64,000 bases of DNA, from contig NC_057750.1 in assembly GCF_004010195.1 (NCBI RefSeq), positions 3,282,761 through 3,346,760 on the forward strand, read 5' to 3'. The position numbers were made by a program, and so were the translations under genes. This DNA comes from Chiloscyllium plagiosum (Eukaryota). Positions 1-12,532 of this stretch are shown here, in pieces; positions within the stretch are counted from its first letter, which is position 1, and each line of letters opens with the position of its first letter. Below the pieces are notes generated by a model. That model saw nothing but the letters and a program-made list of their open reading frames with translations. It ran no database searches and was not told the origin of the DNA.

Positions 1-690
1 GTGATGGTAACACAATTGAATGTCAAAAGGCAGTGTTTCGATTATCTCTTATTGGAGATGCCCATTACCTGGCATCGATAATACTTGCCACTTGTCTATT
101 CAAGCCTGGATATTGTCCAGACCCTGTTGCATTTGATCATAGACTGCTTCAGTTTCTCAGGAGTCACAAATGACGCCGAACGTTCTACAATTATCACTGA
201 ACAACTTAGGATGTGGGGGTGGGGGTGGAATATCATTGATGAAGCAGCTGAAGATTGTTGGGCCTAGAAGCACTAACTTGAGGAACTCCTGCAGAGATGT
301 GCTGGAGTTGAGATGCTCGACCTCCAACAACCATAACCATCTTCCTTTGTGCCACGTATGATTCCAACCAGGGAGAGTTTGCCCCAATTTCCATTTATTC
401 CACTTTTGCTAGGGTTCTTTGATGTCATACTTAGTCAAATATGGCCTTGATGTCAAGGGTTATCACTATCCCATCTGGAATTTAACTCTTCTGTCCATGT
501 TTGAACCAGGCCTGTTATGAGGTCAAGAGCTGTGTGGCACTGGCAGAATCCAAACTGTTTAATAGCAATGTCACTGACACCTTCCATCACTCTACTAATG
601 ATCAAGAGTAGACTAAGGGGACAGTAGACTGAGTTGGATTTGTTTCTGCTTTTTGTGGAGAGGACAAACTTGGGCAATTTTCACCATTGT
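1..690 (-). mobile_element. Degenerate CR1/L2-group LINE ORF2 fragment
   Basis: ORF 453..677 (YCPLSLLLIISRVMEG...QFGF) resembles the NYRPISLL...QFGFR pre-RT region. Confidence 0.7.
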
Positions 691-828
691 CAACTGCTCT
701 GGTATACAAATTGGTTTCATATTTGTAAACATCACAATGATTACCTAAGTGAATTTGCAGGTAGGCATACAGGGGATGTGAAAGGCATGATATAAATATA
801 ACTTCTCCTTTGGTCCCTCTTTCCATCA

Positions 829-1870
829 GTTTTTTTTATTATTTCCAAATCTACTCATAAAATCATCTATAATTACACACAGATGTTCTGAATCAGGTCT
901 GTACAGAGAAAAACAAATAAAACATTTGGAATTTTGACATTTCTCAGGAGCTTCTATACAGTTGCAAAAACAAAGACACTTTCTACTTATGCAGGAAACT
1001 AGTTATTGTCCTTCGAGGCACCAAGAAGGGTCTGACAACTGACTGGACACCAGTTATACTTCAGCAGAAAGACCTTAGGTGGTGGTCTTTCCCCACTGCG
1101 CCTTAGCGGCAGCTGCACCAAGTTTTAACTCGTCCCTCAACACGTAGTCCAGGACCTTGGAACGTACCAGTCTGCAACACTCTGTCGAGGTCAACTCTAT
1201 GTTGGAAGACCACCAAGTTTTGGGCAACCAAAGAGTATCTTTCACAGAGCTAATGATCCTCCAGGTACAGTCGATGTTTGTCTTGGTGTGTGTTCCGGGG
1301 AGCAGCCCGTAGAACACAGTCCCACAGGACCTGCTCGGGCCAGACCTTCACAAAAACCACTGCATCTTTCTTCAGACTTTCCCTGCAAAGGCACATATTA
1401 GGAGACGTGTGACAGTCTCTTCACCAGCACAGCTACTTTGAGGGCAGAATGCAGTAGTACACAGAGACCAAACGTGCATGAATGATCTGACGGGCAGTGT
1501 CCTTCTCAACACCAGCCTAGCTACATGTTGAAATGTTTTGGTCATGGGGCATTGTCAAATGACCTTGACAGTCTGGTCAGGGAATCATCTGACAGGATCC
1601 ATCTCATCCTTTTCAGTGTCAAGGACACGATGTGCTGACCACTCCTGATGGAGTTATAGTCAAAGGTACTTTTCATGGCAAATATTTCCACAAAGGACAG
1701 GTGATACTGAACAGTCCAACTACATGGAGCATTCCATGGCACCAGACCCATCCTTCGCAACAGCAAGGACTGGTAGAACTTTAGTATTTGATGTTTGTGT
1801 ACTGAGGGTCTACGTATTGCTTGATGCAGTAACACACAAAGGTGCCATCAGTATGAGGGTGGTGCTCGGT
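829..1870 (-). mobile_element. Older Tx1/L1-clade LINE 3' fragment
   Basis: ORF ends LRDELKLGAAAAKAQWGKTTT, homologous to the element at 7718-9291; poly(A) tail at about 829-838. Confidence 0.85.
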
Positions 1871-1924
1871 ATACCTACACCTACCAGTCTTGCCCTTCAC
1901 ACTAACAGGAACATACTGTCTCTG

Positions 1925-4640
1925 GACTCTATAATTATCTCATTCTTCAAGGCCTCTCACTTCCCAACCATTCCTTTACCTGTGAATAGCTTCCTCCAAT
2001 CAACATTTGAAAGTTACAATCTAATACCATTAAAATTGATCTTACTCCAATTTAGAACTTTAACTTTTTGATCAGTTCTATCTTTTCCCATAATTATTTT
2101 AAAACTAAAAGAATTATGATTACTTGCCCCAAAGTGCTCTCCCACTGACAACCCAGTCACTTGCCCTGCCTTAAACAAAAGGTTATAGTCCAACAGGTTT
2201 ACAGTATTTGGAAGCACTAGCTTTTGGAGCACTGCTCCCTCATCAGGTAGCTTTGGAAGAGGATCATAATACAGAGAATTTATAGCAAAAGATTACAGTC
2301 CCATGCACTGAAATGATATATTAAATAATAGAACAATGAAAATTTACAGCCCAGGAACAGGCCCTTCAGCCGATCCAAATCTACTGTCTAAACCTGTCGC
2401 TCAATTCCTCAGGATCTGTATCCCTCTGCTCCCCACCTACTCATGCCTCTGTCCAGACACATCTTAAATGAATCTATCTTGCCTGCCTCTACCACCTCTG
2501 CTGGCAACGCATTCTAGATGCCCACCACCCTCTGTGTGAAGTACTTGCCACGTGTATTCCCCTTAAACTTTTCACCTCTCACCTTGAAAGCGTGACCTCT
2601 CGTTATTGAATCCTTCACCTTGGGAAAAAGCTTGTCTCTATCCACCCTGTCTATACCCTTCATGATTTTGTAAATCTCAATCAGGTGCCCCCTCAATCTC
2701 CTTTTTTCTAATGAAATCAAACCTAACCTACTCAACCTCTCTTCATAGCTAGCACCTTCCATACCAGGCAACATCCTCATAAACCTTGTCTGCACCCTCT
2801 CCAAAGCATCCACATCCTTTTGGTAATGTGGCGACAAGGACTGTACATAGTATTCTAAATGTGGCCGAACCAATGTCTTGTACAATTTTAACATGACTTG
2901 CCAGCTCTTATACTCAATACCCCATCCAATGAAGGCAAGCATACTATATGCCTTCTTGACCACTCTATCCACCTGTGCAGCAACCTTCAGGGTACAATGG
3001 ACCTGCACTCCCAGATCTCTCTGCCCATCAATCTTTCCCAAGGCTCTTCCATTCATTTCAGTTGCATGACACTGTAATCTTTTGCTATAAATTCTGTGTA
3101 TTATGTTCCTCTTCCACAACCACCTGGTGAAGGAGCAGTGCTCCAAATAAACCTGTTGGACTATAACTTGGTATTGTGTGACTTTTAACTTTGTCCACCC
3201 CAGTTCAACACCGGCACCTTCGCATCATTAAAAAGGTCAAGCATTGCTCCTTCTCTAGTAAATCCACATATTAAATAAGAAAGTTTTCTTGTATACACAA
3301 ATTCTTTCCTATCTAAGCCCCTAAACACTGTATGACAGTCCCAGTCTAAACTGGAAATTCAAAATCCCTACCATTACAACCCTATTTTTCTTATAGGTAT
3401 TGGTGATCTCCTCACATATTTGCTACTCAATGGGGTGATCATCCCTTTCTTATTTTTCAGTTCTACTCATAACTTTACTGGACAATCTCCCAGGAATAAC
3501 CTCCCCTAATGTTCTCCCTAACCAAAATGTCACTACCCTTCCTCTCTTACCTCCCATTCTATCCCTCATACAGAATGTAAACCCTGGAACATCAAGCTGC
3601 CAGTCCTGTCCACTCCGAGCCACGTTTTTGTAATAGCTGATATCCCACTCCTATGTACTTAATCATACCCTATGTTCATCTGCCTTACCTCCCAGGTCTC
3701 TTGCATTGAAGGAAATGCAGTTTAATTTGGCAACCTTCCCATATTTTCTGCCAGGCTCTTGCCTAGTTTGAGTATTTGACTTGCTCCCCTTACCCGCAAT
3801 ACCAGCCTCAGTCTTTTCTCACTATTGCTTTGATTCCCACGCCCACCACTGCCATTCTTGATTAGGTCATTTCCATCCTTGAAGATGGTCCAAAAATGTC
3901 AATCCTTGCCCAGTGCACCAGCTCCTCAGCCATGCATTCATCTGTTCTATCCTCCTATTCCAACATTCATTAGCACGTGGCATCAGTAGTAGTCCAGATA
4001 TTACAACCCTCAAGGATCTACTTTTTAACCTGCTGCTTAGTTTCCTATGTTCTCTCTGCAAAACCTCATCACTTTTCCCTACAGAAGTGCATGCTGGTAC
4101 CAACGACAATGACCTCCTGCTGGTCAGTCTCCTCTTTCAGAATATTCTACACCCTCAGACATCCTTGACACTGGCAACAGGGAGGTATCACACCATCCTG
4201 ATGGCAGAAATATCTGCCTGTGTCCCTGATTAGCGTTCCCTAATACAATCGATCGTATGGAACCTAACATACCCCTCATTACAGTAGAGCCAGTCACAGT
4301 ACCAGACACCTGGCTGTCAGTCTACACTCCCCTGAGAGGCTATTCCCCCACCTACAGTACCAAAAGCAGCACACCTGTTTGAAACGGCAATAGCCACTGA
4401 ACACTCCTGTACTACCTGACTACCTCTCCTACAATTCCTAGCAGTCAACCATCCACCTTTCTATATCTGCAGTGTCTCCACTTTCCTGGAACTGCCATTC
4501 ATCACACCCTCTTGCTGTTAACTCCTCATTGCCTCTAACTGCCGCTCCAACCAATCCGTGCGGTCTGTTACAATTCGTATCCAGGAACATTCAAAATCTC
4601 CCTGCTCTCCCACCTCTGATACGAAGAGCACAAAACCCTA
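1925..4640 (-). mobile_element. Old CR1 (ORF1 esterase plus endonuclease remnants), interrupted by a PLE-derived inverted element and a younger CR1 (2328-3054)
   Basis: ORF 3867..4109 (RVVISGLL..PRAN..NRRIEQMNAWLRSWC..QGLTFLDH) resembles the CR1 ORF1 SGNH esterase. ORF 2514..3146 is the CR1 ORF2 C-terminus (LVRPHLEY...RLRG). Confidence 0.85.
2179..3228. mobile_element. PLE-derived fold-back element, family B; arms 2179-2322 and 3055-3228
   Basis: The arms are reverse complements. Degenerate hammerhead CTGATGA-GGGAGCAGTGCTCC-AAAA-GCTA on minus at about 2215-2250. Confidence 0.7.
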
Positions 4641-5717
4641 CTAAGCGTTGGTTGAATATTTTTAAAGTTGAGGTAGATTGTTGGTAAGCCAGGGGGTAAA
4701 ATGTTATTGGGGTAGGCAGGAAAGCAGACTTGAGGCTACAATCACTTTAGCCATGATCTCACTGAATGGCATGGCAGCCAAAGGTTTGAATGACCTGCTC
4801 CTGCTTCTAACTTGTTTTCGGATTTAACCTGATTGTCAGCTATTATTGGGACAGGTGATTAGGAAATTCAATAAGTTCTGACCAATGCGATTTGCCACTT
4901 ATCCGAACACTTGTGAAGCTGTAAAAAAAAACAATATTATAAATGAACGAGCTCCCGAGTGCTTTAGTGAATCAGCCCCTGGGCATTTTCTAAAGAAGGC
5001 TCCTGAGAATGTGTTCAGAAGCAGAGTAGAATATGACTGTATTTGCCCCCAACAACGTGGACTTATCACGCACTTCTAATGTAAAAGATCCCAAACTATC
5101 TAGATCAAAACTTCTCTGGCCAGATGTACAAGAACTTATTTGAAATTTAGTGAAATCTAAATAGGTAGCTCTACAATCCTGCCAATTGCTCCTCAAAGCT
5201 TTAGGAGTTCAGTTTGAGTTCAATTGTTTTCTTAGTCTTTTCTCCCAGCTGAATTTTGGAAGCAACGAAAGCTCGGAAAACACTGACATTCACTGTTGTC
5301 TCGGTGATGGTTGGTTAATACGTCCAAACAGTAAAAATGGCAAGATTTAAGAGAAGAATGATGGTAGGCGGAAGAAAAGCACAAAAACTTCAATGGTTTA
5401 TCCAATTGTGGTTCTGTAATAACTGGCATTTATAAAATGTCATTAATGCCATATGAAACATTTCACAGCAATATTTTCTGACAAATCTTAACAGTGATCT
5501 CACTAGAAGATATCTACCTGTTGAAAAAACTATATTTTAGGGACCATTACAAAACAAAAAGGGAGAAGTTGAGAATTTAGGGAGAGAATTCCAGGGCTTA
5601 GAGCAGAGGAAGTTGAAGATTTGGGGTCAGTGGTAGAGCCACTGTAAATAGGTGAGGTACAAGGAGTTTTCAAAATAACATTACAGGTTATGAAACAAAT
5701 AACCAAAGAAAGAACGT

Positions 5718-6025
5718 GATTAGATTACATTACAGTGTGGAAACAGGCCCTTTGGCCTAACAAGTCCACACTGACCCGCCAAAGCACAACCCACCCATGC
5801 CCCTACATTTACCCCTTACCTAACACTACAGGCAATTTAGCATGGCCAATTCACCTAACCTGCACATCTTTGGACTGTGGGAGGAAACCGGAGCACCCGG
5901 AGGAAACCCACGCAGACACGGGGAGAATGTGCAAACTCCACACAGTCAGTCGTCTGAGTCGGGAATTGAACCCGGGTCTCTGGCGCTGTGAGGCAGCAGT
6001 GCTAACCACTGTGCCACCGTGCCGC
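5718..6025 (-). mobile_element. HE1-type tRNA-derived V-SINE, full length
   Basis: A box (GGTGGCACAGTGG), B box (GGTTCAATTCC), V-domain GGGTTTCCTCCGGGTGCTCCGGTTTCCTCCCACA, TAATC-type tail. Confidence 0.85.
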
Positions 6026-6114
6026 TCACAAACAGGAAACATGTCTGCACTTGTGCTTCAAATTCCCCATTCAGCAACTAAATCTGATCGTACAATTCAA
6101 GTAATTTCAATAAT

Positions 6115-6120
6115 TTTATT
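6115..6120 (-). terminator. Probable EIF3K polyadenylation signal AATAAA
   Basis: AATAAA on the minus strand about 65 nt after the stop codon. Confidence 0.65.
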
Positions 6121-6184
6121 GACAAGAGTAATGGAGAGAGCATTTTGTCAAAAAACACCTGGAAGTCTACAATAGCGGGTGTCA

Positions 6185-6213
6185 CTAGGAGGACGCCATG
6201 ATGCTAGCCACAC
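6185..6213 (-). CDS. EIF3K: EIF3K exon 8, last coding exon (SVASIMASS*)
   Basis: tttccag acceptor, TAG stop at 6187-6185. The exons sum to 654 nt (217 aa plus stop). Confidence 0.93.
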
Positions 6214-6810
6214 CTGGAAACAAAAGAAAAAACAATCAGTTCCACGTTCTCAATTTTAATTTGAAAAGAAAAAAGATGAACAAATTATAAGAGTATTGAT
6301 CCACTTTATGTAGTGAAAATCAAAACAATTTGTATATTTCAGAGCTTCATATACGTAACTTTGTTTGCACAAGAATAATTAGTTGATCCCAGGCAAAGCA
6401 GTATTGGGATTTAAAAAAAAAACTTATATTTCTATAGTGCACTTAACAGTAAAACATCTCAATACATGCTTCACTGGACAACTGGCTGCATCATGCCTAC
6501 GCTGTAGAGGTAGCAAGGGAAAACCTGCTCGGTTTCCTGCTCCACAGGCTAATCCAGTAACCACTAGTCTTCCAATTCAGGGACAGGCCTGGGGTTCAAC
6601 TATCAGGTGGGGGCAAATCAGTTCCAGTTAAACAGGGACAGCTTCCTCATGGCCCAATACACTTCTGTACAATGGGTAATTGAGGTGTTACTAGAAACAG
6701 GACCCTAGATAGCCACTATCACAAAAGCAGTGAATCAAATTATTAATACAAGAAACAGAGTCGCGGTCTAACCATGTTATTCCTGCAGTGACATATAAAA
6801 TAAAACTCAC

Positions 6811-6936
6811 TGTCAAAATCTATCTTTTCCACAATGTTTTTGGGCTTGATACTTTCTTCTTGGTTGCATATGAAGATTTTATCTGGTTCAGCCTCGACCC
6901 AGCCGTACTTACTCATCCAAACTTGTAGCTGCATAT
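6811..6936 (-). CDS. EIF3K: EIF3K exon 7 (DMQLQVWMSKYGWVEAEPDKIFICNQEESIKPKNIVEKIDFD)
   Basis: 126 nt, overlaps ORF 6743..6934, CAG acceptor, GTGAGT donor. Confidence 0.97.
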
Positions 6937-7216
6937 CTGAAAAACATATTTACATACATTGAGACCCTGCAGATCATCTAACTTCCAAAGACAAAATTAA
7001 AACTAGACAACAAGTGTGTATCATTCCAATCTTAGGAAATGTGATCAGGTTTGAAACGACAAAGTGGTGTCCATGAGTTGTGGATTCAGACTCTAAATGT
7101 GACCGCACCCAAATAGGAGGGGCTGAATGAAGGTCAGACACTGTTATACGAAGAGGGAGATCCACCTCTATGCATTTTCCAACATGCTGACTGACTGATT
7201 TAAGTAGCATAACAAG

Positions 7217-9291
7217 ANNNNNNNNNNNNNNNNNNNNNNNNNNNNNNNNNNNNNNNNNNNNNNNNNNNNNNNNNNNNNNNNNNNNNNNNNNNNNNNNNNN
7301 NNNNNNNNNNNNNNNNNNNNNNNNNNNNNNNNNNNNNNNNNNNNNNNNNNNNNNNNNNNNNNNNNNNNNNNNNNNNNNNNNNNNNNNNNNNNNNNNNNNN
7401 NNNNNNNNNNNNNNNNNNNNNNNNNNNNNNNNNNNNNNNNNNNNNNNNNNNNNNNNNNNNNNNNNNNNNNNNNNNNNNNNNNNNNNNNNNNNNNNNNNNN
7501 NNNNNNNNNNNNNNNNNNNNNNNNNNNNNNNNNNNNNNNNNNNNNNNNNNNNNNNNNNNNNNNNNNNNNNNNNNNNNNNNNNNNNNNNNNNNNNNNNNNN
7601 NNNNNNNNNNNNNNNNNNNNNNNNNNNNNNNNNNNNNNNNNNNNNNNNNNNNNNNNNNNNNNNNNNNNNNNNNNNNNNNNNNNNNNNNNNNNNNNNNNNN
7701 NNNNNNNNNNNNNNNNNGGCAGCGGGGGTCTGCAGGTTAAGGCCTCCCTGTACATGGATGACGTCGCCGTTTTCTGCTCGGATCCGCTGTCCGTGCGCAG
7801 ACTCATGTGCATATATGACCAGTTCGAACGGGCCTCGGGGGCCAAGGTAAACCGAGGCAAGAGCGAGGCCATGTTCTGCGGGAACTGGGCCAACCAATCC
7901 TCGATCCCCTTCATTGTCAGGACCGACCACCTGAAGGTGCTGGGTATTTGGTTCAGGGGGGGCTGGGGCGTGCGCCAAGTCTTGGGAGGAGCGTATCAGC
8001 AAAAAGTGAGACAGAAACTGGGCAGATGGAAGCTACGGTCGCTCTCCATCGGGGGAAAAAAACCTGGTCATGAGGTGTGAGGCACTGTCATTGCTGTTAT
8101 ATGTGGCACAGGTCTGGTCTATTCCCAGTACCTGTGCCACTGCAGTCACCCAGGCCATCTTCCAATTTATATGGAGGTCAAAGATGGACTGGGTCCGAAG
8201 GGACTCGCTGTACAAAGATCTGGGCAATGGGGAAAAAAAACACACCCAATTCCACCCTCACCCTGATGGCCATCTTTGTGTGTGGCTGCATCAAGGTATG
8301 CGTGGATCCCCGGTACGCAAACACCAAGTCTCACTACGTACTGAGGTTCTACCTGTCCCTGGTGTTGCGAAGGATGGGCCTGGCCTCGCTGCCGCGGAAC
8401 GCTCCGAATAGTTGGACTGTTCCGTATCACCTGTCCTTCATGGAGAAGTTTATGAAGAAAAACATCAGGAAGTGGTCAGCACATAGTGTCCTTGAGACCC
8501 TTCGGGAAAAGGAGAGGGCGGATCCTATCGAGCAGTTCCCTGAGCAGACTGTCAAAGCCATTTGGCAGAATGCCTCATCGCCAGAACTTTCCAACAAGCA
8601 CCAAGACATGGCTTGGCTGGTGGTGAGAAGGGCTCTGCCTGTGAGATTCTTTATGCACGCCCGGACTCTCAGCCGCACTGCACGCTGCCCTCGAAGCGGC
8701 TGCGGGGGGGACGAGACTGTCACACACCTCCTTCTGGAATGTGCCTATGCAGAAGAAATCTGGAGAGGAATGCCGTGGCGTTTGTCGAGGTTCGTCCCGA
8801 GCAGCGCCGTGACGCGGGACTCCATGCTCTACAGCCTGTTCCCAAGGAAACACATCGAGACGAACATCAACTGTGCCTGGAGGATCATCAACTCGGTGAA
8901 GGATGCTCTCTGGGCGGTCTGAAACCTGTTGATCTTCCAGCTAAAGGAGTTGACCCCGATTGAGTATTGCAGATTGGCACATTCCAAGGTCCAGGACTAC
9001 GTGTTGAGGGACACGCTGAAGCTTGGGGCAGCTGCCGCCAAGGCGCGGTGGGGAAAGACCACCGTGTAACGTCTGCCTGCCTAAGAAGAACAGGGGGCCC
9101 ACGCAGTCATTTGGGCTCTGCTGACACCTCAGCTAAATATATGGACATATGATTGATAAACGTACAGACCTGTATATAAAAATGATAAATTCTGATCTCT
9201 GTATGTAAATGTTTACGTATGTATGGCATGGCCAACTGTACAGACCATCAAATTATTTTATGAATAAAGTATATTTTTGAAATTAAAAAAA
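7217..9291 (+). mobile_element. Young Tx1/L1-clade LINE in EIF3K intron 6 (5' part lost in the gap)
   Basis: RT motif LYMDD, C-terminal zinc knuckle CPRSGC...HLLLEC, AATAAA plus A-tail, perfect 17-bp TSD at 7200-7216 and 9292-9308. Confidence 0.92.
7218..7717. other. Assembly gap (500 N); other gaps at 19572-19810 and 42536-42767
   Basis: N runs; all three lie inside young retroelements. Confidence 0.99.
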
Positions 9292-9678
9292 TTAAGTAGC
9301 ATAACAAGCATTCCACTGATCATTGCTAAAGATTGAGAATATTGTGTTCAACTGCATCAAGATCCAAATCTTACAATACCAAACAGTTGATAAAAACAGG
9401 GATCAGTGCAAGGACCTCAAATGTTGGATGAAGAGACAGGTTATATGGTTGTCAATTTGGTGATGAGACCAAGTCATGTAGTTGAGCAGAGGACGCAGGC
9501 TACAAAAATATATTGATAGGTGAAGTGAATGGCCAAAAAGGAAAAAAAAATAGAGTTGAATGTAGGAAAATGTGCATAGTTCATTTTGGCAGGAAGAATT
9601 AAAATGAAACATATTATCTAAATGGTGAAAGATTGCAGAGGGTCTGGGTGTCCTGGTACATGAATTACAAAAGGTTAA

Positions 9679-10062
9679 CATAGAGTCATAGAGATGTCCA
9701 GCATGGAAACTGACCCTTCGGTCCAACCTGTCCAAGCCGACCAGATATCCCAACCCAATCTGGTCCCATCTGCCAGCACCCGGCCCATATCCCTCCAAAC
9801 CCTTCCTATTCATATACCCATCCAAATTCCTCTTAAATGTTGCAATTATACCAGCCTCCACCACTTCCTCTGGCAGCTCATTCCATACACGTACCACCCT
9901 CTGTGTGAAAAAGTTGCCTCTTAGGTCTCTTTTCTATCTTTCCCCTCTCACCCTAAACCTATGCCCTCTAGTTCTGGACTCCCCGACCCCAGGAAAAAAA
10001 CTTGGCCTATTTATCCTATCCATGCCACTCATAATTTTGTAAACCTCTATAAGGTTACCCCC
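9679..10062 (-). mobile_element. Young CR1 3' end inserted in an older plus-strand CR1 (about 9400-10440)
   Basis: (CTATGACT) tail; RVWNELPEEVVEAG..FKRNLDGYM. Confidence 0.85.
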
Positions 10063-11696
10063 CCATGCACACAAAGCAAGTAATTAGAAAAGCTAATAGA
10101 ATATTATCATTTATTGTAAGGGAAGCTGAATTCAAATGGAGGTTATGCTTTAGTTATATATGGCAACAGTGAGGTTGCACCTGGTGTACTGTATGTATAG
10201 TACAAGTCAACTTATTTATGAAAGGATGTAATTGCATTAGAAGATGTTCAGAGAAGGTTTACTTGACTAATACCTAGAATGGAAGGGCTGTCTTACGAGG
10301 AAGGGTGGAAAAACCTAGGCTTGTATCTGCTGGAGTTTAAAAGAGTAAGATGTGACTTGACTGAAACAAATAGAATCTTGAAAGGTCTTGACAGGGTAGA
10401 TATGGAGAGGTGTTTCCTCATATGGGAGAATAAGGGTGTTCATTTAAAAGATTAAATCGTACTCTGTCTGGGCATTAATGTAATGTTAAAGGGTTCAACT
10501 GTACTGTCTTTCTCTAAGGAGCTGAGCATTCTGGAAGTCATTGGAGGTGACATCAATACAGGAATTTAGATGAACATTCATTTTAATCCACACATCATTG
10601 GGGCCTCTTTTGACTCAACTCTGCACACCTGCAAAGGGTCACCTAACTTGTACAGACTTTAATAAACTTTAACTGCAGAAGTTGGTGTGTGCGAATTGCA
10701 TCTTGTGTGTGAAACTTTGGGAAATGAACCTAATACCGATACTGCAACTGGAAAAGCCACTTCCCTCCCAAAGGTGATAATACACTTTGAGGTGGTCCCT
10801 ACAGCCACCCTGAGGGTTCAAATGCAGTTACCTTCAAGTGGCTCATCCAAGCAGCTACTGTTCATGAGTGTGTGAACAGGCCACTCAATCATAATCAAAT
10901 ACTGCTGTATAAGCTGCAGGGAGAGGTAAAAAGAATCAGATGCTAAATAGTGAGAGAAGGAGAACAAGAATGAAGGAAAGGTGACTGATAGGGTGAAAAG
11001 GTTAGCTTTGATAAGGCTTTTAAGGGAAGACAGAGATGTGGTGGTTTCAGGAGTGGATTAAGTGGCATCTCTCACTCTTAACTACAGTAAGATCCAATCA
11101 CAGAAAGCTGGAATCACATCAGAGACATTTCAATTTGTTTGGCTTAGTTACACACTGTCTTGATCAACAGCTACAAAGGACAGTCCATAATATCTTTGAT
11201 GCACAAAGAAACACAAGCAAAGTGTCAGAATTGAAACTATTATAAGTGAAGATTAGCTAAGTCATGAAGAATTGATTACAAATAGCAAGCCTTTTTTTGT
11301 TCACAAAAAACCTGTTACAAGATTGCATCAAGAACAGAAAATTGAGAAAGAAGTCCCATGATATTGGGATGAGAATAGTTAGGTAGTTGTTTTTGATCAG
11401 CACAGACCCAACGGGTAGAAAGGCCTCTTGCTGTGCTGTAGACCTTGATAACTTGAACTTTGAGCTCCTTGGAATGAATAAGTTAACAGAGGACAACACA
11501 GTGATTTTGATATTAACACTAAGAGAGCAGTGCAGATGAATGCTTGTTTCTGATTGCATAACAATGTACTTCATTTACATTAAATTTATTCTAAAAAGAT
11601 TTACCTGCTCACAGTTTCATGACTGCACCTCAGTGAAACCAATCCTGTGTAACAATTCAGAGGAGCTTCTATCTCATGGTCAGCATTAATCCTTAC

Positions 11697-11774
11697 CTGT
11701 CAGATCCCCCAACATTTCGGCCAGCAGCCATTTCTCAATTGTTTGATATGTGATTCCAACGACGTGACAGATAA
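11697..11774 (-). CDS. EIF3K: EIF3K exon 6 (FICHVVGITYQTIEKWLLAEMLGDLT)
   Basis: 78 nt, inside ORF 11686..11883, CAG acceptor, GTAAGG donor. Confidence 0.97.
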
Positions 11775-12085
11775 CTGAGGGAAGAATTGCAACAGGTGAG
11801 GAGCCATCCCAGACTGTACAGTTTGAAAATCCCACATAGACAGCTGATTCTACCTTAAATACTTGGTTTTGTTTATTGTGCAACTAAAACGTCCTAGTGG
11901 CAATTTAGTCAAACAGCAATAGCTATTTTATATAAAATTCATCAAAAACAGCATTGTAACAAATAGTGTAATTCTGCCAACAAAAATATTCTCTCTCTAT
12001 TAAGATCTCACAAATGACAGTTATTAAACCCTTGCACAGTTCTCTATTTACAGGAAAATCAATGCAGTTTTCTGATTATACTTAC

Positions 12086-12152
12086 ATTTTCGCACCGAGT
12101 CTTCAAAGCTGGTTATTCCATCAATCAGCTCAGAGTTTTCTTCCAGGTTACG
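12086..12152 (-). CDS. EIF3K: EIF3K exon 5 (RNLEENSELIDGITSFEDSVRK)
   Basis: 67 nt, CAG acceptor, GTAAGT donor, matches the GITxFEDSVRK motif. Confidence 0.95.
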
Positions 12153-12532
12153 CTGGATAGAGAGGGACATTGAAATTTAGTAAATGTTATTCCCACAACA
12201 GAGTGGAGGGAGCTATCTCATTTCTACCTCACACTGGCTGGTTAATCTCCAGTAGCCCATCTTTCCAAATCAGTCAGGCAGTATGGGTTTCACTGACATA
12301 CATTTTCTCTTTCTCCTCCTCTCAAAGCACAACAGCAGCCCAGGTCATTTGCAAAACTGAAGCTCAATGATTCATGGTTCTACAACAGAAATATGATAGA
12401 GGGACAAACAATGCCAGCAATTGTAATCTCTCTGCTGAGAGTCTTGGTGTATTACGTACCAGCTTTTCTTGGACCCTGCTACTTGATAGTCTGTCTTAGA
12501 CAGTGTGATAATGGCACAAGTGAATGTGCTAT

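Noticed and set aside
5249..5363. Exon-like segment on plus (tctcccag|...|gtaggc)
   Set aside because: Stops in all three frames and no homology I recognise.
5950..6025. tRNA gene
   Set aside because: It is the tRNA-derived head of a SINE, followed by V-domain and tail.
7190..7217. snRNA/tRNA target for the Tx1 insertion
   Set aside because: The flanks resemble no small RNA gene that I can recognise.
6974..8002. Long ORFs (342 aa, 248 aa) and similar X-filled ORFs at 19500-19921 and 42359-42854
   Set aside because: Their length comes from reading through N gaps.
11775..12085. Intronic snoRNA in EIF3K
   Set aside because: No properly spaced C/D boxes with a terminal stem, and no H/ACA architecture, on the sense strand.
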